Part shown: in pieces, positions 27,069 to 32,847 of the stretch
Numbering within the stretch: the first letter of the stretch is position 1
Layout: the number at the start of each line of letters is the position of its first letter
The notes under the pieces: generated by a model
The model's input: only the letters and a program-made list of their open reading frames with translations
The model's database searches: none
Told to the model about the DNA's origin: nothing
Assembly (NCBI GenBank): GCA_030145525.1
Contig: JAQYVL010000047.1
Location: 1-32,847 of the forward strand
DNA length: 32,847 bases
Direction of reading: 5' to 3'
Source: Desulfobacterales bacterium
GTDB lineage: Bacteria > Desulfobacterota > Desulfobacteria > Desulfobacterales > SURF-7
Translations under genes and position numbers: made by a program

Positions 27069-28697
27069 TTACCCCAAAATGGCTTTCAAATCCTCATCCG
27101 GCGTAGAAATAGGCTTGATGTCAAAAGTTTTCACCAGCGTATCCAGCACATTAGGCGTCAAAAAAGCCGGCAGTGACGGCCCGAGACGGATGCCCTTGAT
27201 ACCCAAATGCAGGAGTGACAGTAAAATGGCAACGGCCTTCTGCTCGTACCAGGAAAGCACCATGGATAGCGGCAACTGGTTTACATCTACATCAAACGCT
27301 TTGGCAAGGGCAATTGCGATCTGTACTGCCGAATAGGCATCGTTGCACTGGCCTGCATCCAGAAGCCTCGGGATACCGCCGATATCGCCAAGATCCTTGT
27401 CAAAAAAACGGTATTTCCCGCATGCCAGGGTCAGGATGACACAATCCTTTGGAACCTTTTCTACGAATTCCGTATAATAGTTGCGCCCGGGTTTTGCCCC
27501 GTCACAGCCGGCCACCAGGAAGAAATGCCGGATTGCGCCGCTTTTAACCCCTTCAATCACTTTATCCGCAACACTCAGAACCGAGTTTCTGGCAAAGCCT
27601 ACGGTGACCTCCCGGCCTTTTTCATCTTCCGGGAATCCGGGAAGTGCCAATGCTCTTTCAATTACCGGCTGAAAATTCAAATCCGATATATGGGGAATGC
27701 CGGGCCACCCGACCATTCCCGAGGTAAAAAGGTTTTCGCTGTATTTGTCGCTGGGTCTCTGGATACAGTTTGTGGTCATCAGGATCGCACCGGGGAAATC
27801 CCCGAATTCTTTGGTCTGCTTTTGCCAGGCCGTACCAAACTGACCGTAGAAATGCTCATGCTGTTTCAGCTTCGGGTACCCGTGCGTTGACAGCATCTCA
27901 CCATGGGTATATACATCGATTCCTTTTCCCTGGGTCTGTTTTAACAGCTCTTCAAGGTCTTTCAGGTCATGCCCTGAAACAAGAATGGCTTTTCCCTTTC
28001 TGTGTCCCAGGGGAACCCGGGTTGGAACAGGGTGGCCGTAAATGCCCGTATTCCCGGCATCCAGCAGCTCCATTGCTTTCAGCGCAGCCCCGCCGCATTT
28101 TAGAGTCAGGGCAACCCATTCATCCAGGTTCAAACCGTCTTTCTGTATTTCCGACAGCCCTTCATGGACAAAGGAATACACTTCGTCATCCTCCTGCCCC
28201 AAAATCTGGGCGTGGTCTGCATAGGCGCTCACTCCTTTAATGCCGTAGAGAACGGTGTGCTTCAGAGAAAGAATATCCGGGTTGTCACCTGGGTAGGATT
28301 TCACACCGACTTTCTCTCCCTGCCTGATCAATTCTTCCAGCGTATCTTGAGGATTATATGCAGCAGGACCATCAGGCAGATCGACGTTTCCGCCGGCAGC
28401 CTTAACCTTTTCTTTCAGTTGATCGCGATTCTCTGCCGCGTGATGGATTAACTCCTGGAACCGATCCGGATCAAAATCCACATTGGTCAAAGTCGAAAAA
28501 GCTGCTTTAACCGTAAAAACATCAATATCCCGATCAATAACACCCACCTTTCGACCTTCAACCGCAACCCGGGACAACCCCATTAACGTATAAAGAAGGA
28601 GGTCCTGCAGTGCCGCCACCTCGGGTTTTTTGCCGCATACTCCCTGAATTGTACACCCTGTGCCTTTTGCTGTCTGTTCACACTGATAACAAAACAT
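27069..28697 (-). CDS. hcp: Hybrid cluster protein (hydroxylamine/NO reductase)
   Basis: MFCYQCEQT..GC...GVCGK, SGHD, YTHGEM, TTNC, GCDG, LACGK, GQCNDAYS, SWYEQKA motifs. Confidence 0.98.
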   Translation of the reverse strand: MFCYQCEQTAKGTGCTIQGVCGKKPEVAALQDLLLYTLMGLSRVAVEGRKVGVIDRDIDVFTVKAAFSTLTNVDFDPDRFQELIHHAAENRDQLKEKVKAAGGNVDLPDGPAAYNPQDTLEELIRQGEKVGVKSYPGDNPDILSLKHTVLYGIKGVSAYADHAQILGQEDDEVYSFVHEGLSEIQKDGLNLDEWVALTLKCGGAALKAMELLDAGNTGIYGHPVPTRVPLGHRKGKAILVSGHDLKDLEELLKQTQGKGIDVYTHGEMLSTHGYPKLKQHEHFYGQFGTAWQKQTKEFGDFPGAILMTTNCIQRPSDKYSENLFTSGMVGWPGIPHISDLNFQPVIERALALPGFPEDEKGREVTVGFARNSVLSVADKVIEGVKSGAIRHFFLVAGCDGAKPGRNYYTEFVEKVPKDCVILTLACGKYRFFDKDLGDIGGIPRLLDAGQCNDAYSAVQIAIALAKAFDVDVNQLPLSMVLSWYEQKAVAILLSLLHLGIKGIRLGPSLPAFLTPNVLDTLVKTFDIKPISTPDEDLKAILG

Positions 28698-28931
28698 GTT
28701 TATCCTCCTTTTCCATAAAAAAGCACATCCATCGATGGTCGGATGGCGTTTGAAATTTCCAATCCTGTATATCGATACATTTCAAACTGTTGAAAAATCA
28801 AAACATAACATACAGTTTAATTTTCAACAAAAAAATTCTCTGCTAAAAATTAGGGAGATAAGAAAATAATGGGGCCAAATTTGCTATCTTAAACTTATTA
28901 CCTTTTGCCATATCATAAAATCAAAACGGCC

Positions 28932-29567
28932 TCAAAGTTCAAAGCATTTACGACAATCTTCATCCCAGTAATCATCCCCGTAACTGATAAAAAGCTGTTC
29001 ATTTTTTAGAATATCTCTTGCAGCCTTGAAAAAAATGATCCAATGTCCGTCATGAATCGTATGCTCGACATCCACGTTAAAATTATCGCTATGGTTCACA
29101 AAACGCATTTCATTCCCTTCAAACCTCCCGTTTATTTCAAGTTCGGGGCCCCCTTCAATCTTATCAAGATAATACCATGAGAAATCAGACTCATATCCGC
29201 CTTTTTCCACTTCTTCACCAGCATCTTTTTCAGGAATTTGGACCACACCGGCATACTCACCGATAAAATCATCCTTTTTGATCTCATCAGCGGCAAAAAC
29301 CCCAAATCCGAGTTTTTCATTTATCCTTTTGATATACACGGGCGCCAGATTTCCCTTTTCAATATCCTCATGGTATCTTGTGGAAAGCTCCTGAAACAAC
29401 TCTTTGTTTTCCAGATAGTAGGGACTGTTTTCCAGATTCATTTTACGAAGCGGCTCCCAGCCGATCTGTGTCCTTTTTAAATAAACAATATGCTGATCCC
29501 TGAAAAATTTCAGAATCTCATCCTTTTTTCTGTAAATCTTTTTATTGCTCTGTCTCATAAAAAACAA
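28932..29567 (-). CDS. SET domain protein (putative lysine methyltransferase)
   Basis: GFGVFA, FIGEYAG, RFVNHS, EQLFISYG..YW motifs. Start TTG 29567 or ATG 29558. Confidence 0.9.
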   Translation of the reverse strand: MFFMRQSNKKIYRKKDEILKFFRDQHIVYLKRTQIGWEPLRKMNLENSPYYLENKELFQELSTRYHEDIEKGNLAPVYIKRINEKLGFGVFAADEIKKDDFIGEYAGVVQIPEKDAGEEVEKGGYESDFSWYYLDKIEGGPELEINGRFEGNEMRFVNHSDNFNVDVEHTIHDGHWIIFFKAARDILKNEQLFISYGDDYWDEDCRKCFEL

Positions 29568-29687
29568 TCAAACCCCTTCAAATAAACGGCTGCCTGTAAC
29601 ACTTCTTAAAGTCATTAAAACTCTATTATATTTTACCCGCCGATACGACGCATTCATCTTTTTCAGAAAAAAATAAACTGCAGGTTA

Positions 29688-30512
29688 TCAAAAGGCAGAA
29701 GGCGGAGGCATTTCTTCCATTTCCGCCTGAATGTAGAAAAGTTCCCTGCTTTTTTTAACGGCTTCCGCTATAAACCCGTTCCCGAAAGAACGCCCGACCA
29801 CCGCTATGGTAAAATTATCAAAACCGCCCTTTTCAAAACTGGCTGTTTTTAGTCTGTCGACAACCTGATCCGGGTTCCTGAAAGTAGAAAGGATTTCTGA
29901 AAGGATTTCCGGTTCATCTCGATAGGCCATTCCGTCTGTTCCAAGTATAAAAACCTGTCTTGAGTTCCATCTCCCTGAATTAATTCCCACCTTGAGCCTT
30001 TCATCCCCAATCCCGACCACTCTGCTTAACATATGCCTGTCAGGATGAACCTTTGCTTCCTCTTCCGTAACTGCACCCCAGTCCAGGAGCTGTCTCACAA
30101 CCGTATGATCACGGGTTACCTGCCGACTTTTGCTTCTCTCATAAAGCCAGACCCTTGTATCGCCAACCCAGGCGACTTCCCATTTCCTGCCGGAAATATA
30201 AAGGGCTGCGACTGTAGTACCTGGATTCCCGGATACATTGGAACGCTCTGCCTCCATCTTTTTGACAGCCTCATGAGCGCACTGAACAGAATCTTCAAGC
30301 GTTTTGCCGTGCATGACGTTTTTCATTACGGCTTCTGCGCATACGCGGCTCGCCAGTGCGCCCTTTGCATGTCCACCCAATCCGTCGCACAAAACCCATA
30401 GCCCAAGGGAGGGACGGGCAATATAATAATCCTCATTGTGCTGCCGGATAAGACCGGAACTCGTTTCAACCGCCCAGAGAACCCTATTCTGATTGTAATG
30501 AGATCTTTTCAA
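29688..30512 (-). CDS. PP2C-family Ser/Thr protein phosphatase
   Basis: G..RQHNED, LCDGLGGH, GTT, VGDTR, TRDH, TDG and DNFT motifs. Confidence 0.93.
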   Translation of the reverse strand: MKRSHYNQNRVLWAVETSSGLIRQHNEDYYIARPSLGLWVLCDGLGGHAKGALASRVCAEAVMKNVMHGKTLEDSVQCAHEAVKKMEAERSNVSGNPGTTVAALYISGRKWEVAWVGDTRVWLYERSKSRQVTRDHTVVRQLLDWGAVTEEEAKVHPDRHMLSRVVGIGDERLKVGINSGRWNSRQVFILGTDGMAYRDEPEILSEILSTFRNPDQVVDRLKTASFEKGGFDNFTIAVVGRSFGNGFIAEAVKKSRELFYIQAEMEEMPPPSAF

Positions 30513-30526
30513 GAGTGAAACAATAC

Positions 30527-32847
30527 CTATGATTTTTTTATGATGCGAAAACCAAGATTGTAATTTCTGCTGTTTTCAAAATAATAGCTGCGATTTGAAG
30601 ATCGACACTCTTTCTCCGAAAGAAGCCAGCTCCCCCCCCTGCAAACTCTATAATTACCCTCTCCTTTATATAACGGATTAAAACGTTTATGCCGAATATA
30701 TGCATCAGTCATATACACATCCTCTACCCATTCAAAAACATTTCCGCTCATGTCAAACAGGCCTATGCCGTTGGGCCTTCTGCGGCCAACAGGATGAGTG
30801 ACCTCCTTACTGTTTCCCTTATACCATGCCACGGCATCGACATCTTCACCACCGGAATACTCTTCCGTCTTTCCGCCGCTCCTGCAGGCATACTCCCACT
30901 CCGCTTCCGTGGGAAGGCGGTAAATCGCTTTACCCTTATTGATCATATTTAACTTTCGAATAAATCCCTGTGAATCTTCCCAGGATACATTTTCTAAAGG
31001 ATAATCATCCCCCTTTTGAAAAAAGGATAAATTCTCTCCCATTACCTTCTTCCACTGCCCCTGGGTTACTTCATATTTTCCAATCCACATTCCATCAACG
31101 CATACTTCATGAACAGGGCTCTCATCAGATCCTATTCCGCTCTTTTCTAAAGGGCTCCCCATGTTAAAGCATCCTTTTTCAACCCAGACAAATTCCATTC
31201 CGGTAACAGTGTCACGATATAAATTTTCGGCAACGCTCACGATCTCTTCAAGAGAGACAATCACCGATTCTTTTTTACCGGAATGAATATCGATTGCCAC
31301 TTCCCAGTCTAAATAGTTATCCTTTTTTACTTTGATTTTATATACACCTTTTTTCAATATACCGGAGTCTCCGGGCGTCTTCCCCATCAATCGGCCATCT
31401 AAATACCAGTCAGCACCTTTCGGAACACTATTGATCGAAAAACTTCCACAAACGGATTTCAAAAAAAATTTGGTTTTTTTTACTCTCAAGGCTGAAGCCA
31501 TAATTGTTTTTTCGGAAGGCTCGTAACACTCCTTCCTGACTTCGACCAATATTTTTCCTTTTTGAATTCCTTCTATTCTCGTGGGAGTCCGGCCGCGCTT
31601 TTTGCCGGAGATATACACAACTGCATCACTGGGATCACTTGTAATATATAATTTTCCGAGAAGAGGCGTCAGCGCTGCTGTAACTTCAGCTACTTTATCT
31701 GCCGTAATATCAACTTCCTTTTTCCAGGAACTAAATCCGTCTTTTTTAATCTCAACCTGCTGCAGCCTTTTTTCCACCATATCTATCGTCAGCGGTGTAC
31801 TCCCAAACTTTTTTCCGCCTATGTAAACATCGGCATCCTCCGGCACACTCTTTATTTCAAGTTTTCCGTACAGAGGCACCAGATCAACTCCTACTTCTGA
31901 AATTTCTAAAGGAACAATTGCGATCTCATCCTGCCATGTCTCAAATCCTTCCTTCTTCAGCTTCAGTATATAACTGCCTCCCGCTAAATCTTTTAATATC
32001 GCAGGCGTAATTCCTTTCCCGATATCATTGATATATATTTCAGCCTGTGAAGGTGAGCTGATCACTGCAAGCTCTCCGGTGGGCGGCGGCTCCGGTTTGC
32101 TTGGCGGAACCATTTTCGCTTCTTCAATGGGCTTCCCTTTATCAATCTCCGAAACTTCTTTCCCCCCGAAAAAATCAGGTATTTTGAACATCCCGTTGTC
32201 TGGAGCCAGTCCATCTCTGCCATCGTATTTAAATACATTCGCTATATATTCTGTTATTTTACTGCCCAACAGATCCTGACTGTATATTATCCATCCAAGC
32301 TCCCCCAAGACAATCAGACATAAAAAAGCAATAATCGCATATATGGATACCGGTCTCTTTTGAGATTTTCCGTCTCTTTCTTTATGCTTTTTTATTTTTT
32401 TCTTTGCAGAATCCGCTGTCGTTTTTTCAAATTCCTGAACTTCCGCTTCGGCATTGATTTCAGGAGCAGACTTTTCACCTGCGAGCATCTCAACAAGTTC
32501 TCCGGCGCTTCCAGGGCGCAGGGTTTTATCCTTTGCCAAACCGGACAACAGCGCTTTATTGACGTGCTCCGATACGCCCTCGATCATATCTACTTTTTCG
32601 TGCATAATCTGCCAGCGCAAATCTCCGGTGTAAAAAGGCGGATGTCCGGAAATCACTTCATAGGCAACCGCTGCGAGTGCATAAATATCTGTCCATTTTC
32701 CTATTCCTTTACCCCTTATCTGTTCCGGCGCCATATATGCCAGTGAACCGGCTGCCTCCCAAGCGGAGACACGTGTTGCAAGATCCCGCAAAACGCGGGC
32801 AAGACCGAAATCTGCAATTTTAGGGACCGCACCATCCATGAAAATAT
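30527..32847 (-). CDS. Hanks-type Ser/Thr kinase - TM - 4x PEGA - FGE-sulfatase domain protein, 5' end outside the window
   Basis: KIADFGLAR, GSLAYMAPEQ, DIYAL, GHPPF; one TM segment; four G.L.I.S.P..A.VY repeats; RLPTEAEWEYACR, DMSGNVFEW, RGGSW, LGFR. The frame is open to the window edge. Confidence 0.93.
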   Translation of the reverse strand, partial: IFMDGAVPKIADFGLARVLRDLATRVSAWEAAGSLAYMAPEQIRGKGIGKWTDIYALAAVAYEVISGHPPFYTGDLRWQIMHEKVDMIEGVSEHVNKALLSGLAKDKTLRPGSAGELVEMLAGEKSAPEINAEAEVQEFEKTTADSAKKKIKKHKERDGKSQKRPVSIYAIIAFLCLIVLGELGWIIYSQDLLGSKITEYIANVFKYDGRDGLAPDNGMFKIPDFFGGKEVSEIDKGKPIEEAKMVPPSKPEPPPTGELAVISSPSQAEIYINDIGKGITPAILKDLAGGSYILKLKKEGFETWQDEIAIVPLEISEVGVDLVPLYGKLEIKSVPEDADVYIGGKKFGSTPLTIDMVEKRLQQVEIKKDGFSSWKKEVDITADKVAEVTAALTPLLGKLYITSDPSDAVVYISGKKRGRTPTRIEGIQKGKILVEVRKECYEPSEKTIMASALRVKKTKFFLKSVCGSFSINSVPKGADWYLDGRLMGKTPGDSGILKKGVYKIKVKKDNYLDWEVAIDIHSGKKESVIVSLEEIVSVAENLYRDTVTGMEFVWVEKGCFNMGSPLEKSGIGSDESPVHEVCVDGMWIGKYEVTQGQWKKVMGENLSFFQKGDDYPLENVSWEDSQGFIRKLNMINKGKAIYRLPTEAEWEYACRSGGKTEEYSGGEDVDAVAWYKGNSKEVTHPVGRRRPNGIGLFDMSGNVFEWVEDVYMTDAYIRHKRFNPLYKGEGNYRVCRGGSWLLSEKECRSSNRSYYFENSRNYNLGFRIIKKS

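Noticed and set aside
28748-28829. Palindromes upstream of hcp (TGTAT-N4-ATACA; TTGA-N4-TCAA; TGTTGAAAA/TTTTCAACA) as HcpR, FNR, NsrR or LexA sites
   Set aside because: Spacing does not fit FNR/HcpR-type boxes and the region is AT-rich, so no regulator can be assigned.
30527-30650. C-terminus of the FGE-type domain as a diversity-generating retroelement variable region
   Set aside because: No template repeat or reverse transcriptase is visible in the window; it cannot be excluded elsewhere in the genome.

Overview
A moderately AT-rich bacterial chromosomal segment. Its gene content (GldA/F/G-DUF4340 ABC operon, hcp, wHTH-4Fe-4S protein, tandem cytidylate-kinase-like genes, MinD plus J-like/HTH pair) suggests a Desulfobacterota (deltaproteobacterial) anaerobe; this is inference, not marker-gene evidence. 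Most of it is housekeeping or metabolic: CDF transporter, tRNA nucleotidyltransferase, sbcDC, AspC-like aminotransferase, ihfA, YqeY, NCS2 permease, nitroreductase, MaoC, PaaI, hcp, and a Ser/Thr kinase-PP2C-SET trio at the right edge. The ORF track misses or mis-splits several things. (1) ORFs 1840..2037 and 2038..2301 are most likely one OsmC-like selenoprotein, with an in-frame UGA at the catalytic Cys position followed by a bacterial SECIS-like hairpin. (2) Two copies of a 151/183-bp MITE-like element have target-site duplications and compensatory base changes; one landed on the start codon of a lipoprotein gene and separated it from its RBS. (3) A dead higBA toxin-antitoxin pair (truncated toxin, antitoxin frameshifted by a 5-bp duplication) is followed by an attC-like palindrome, i.e. 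a probable orphan integron cassette. (4) The nucleotidyltransferase has the loop deletion typical of CC-adding enzymes. No rRNA, tRNA, CRISPR array, transposase or integrase was seen. All calls were made by eye, without database searches.
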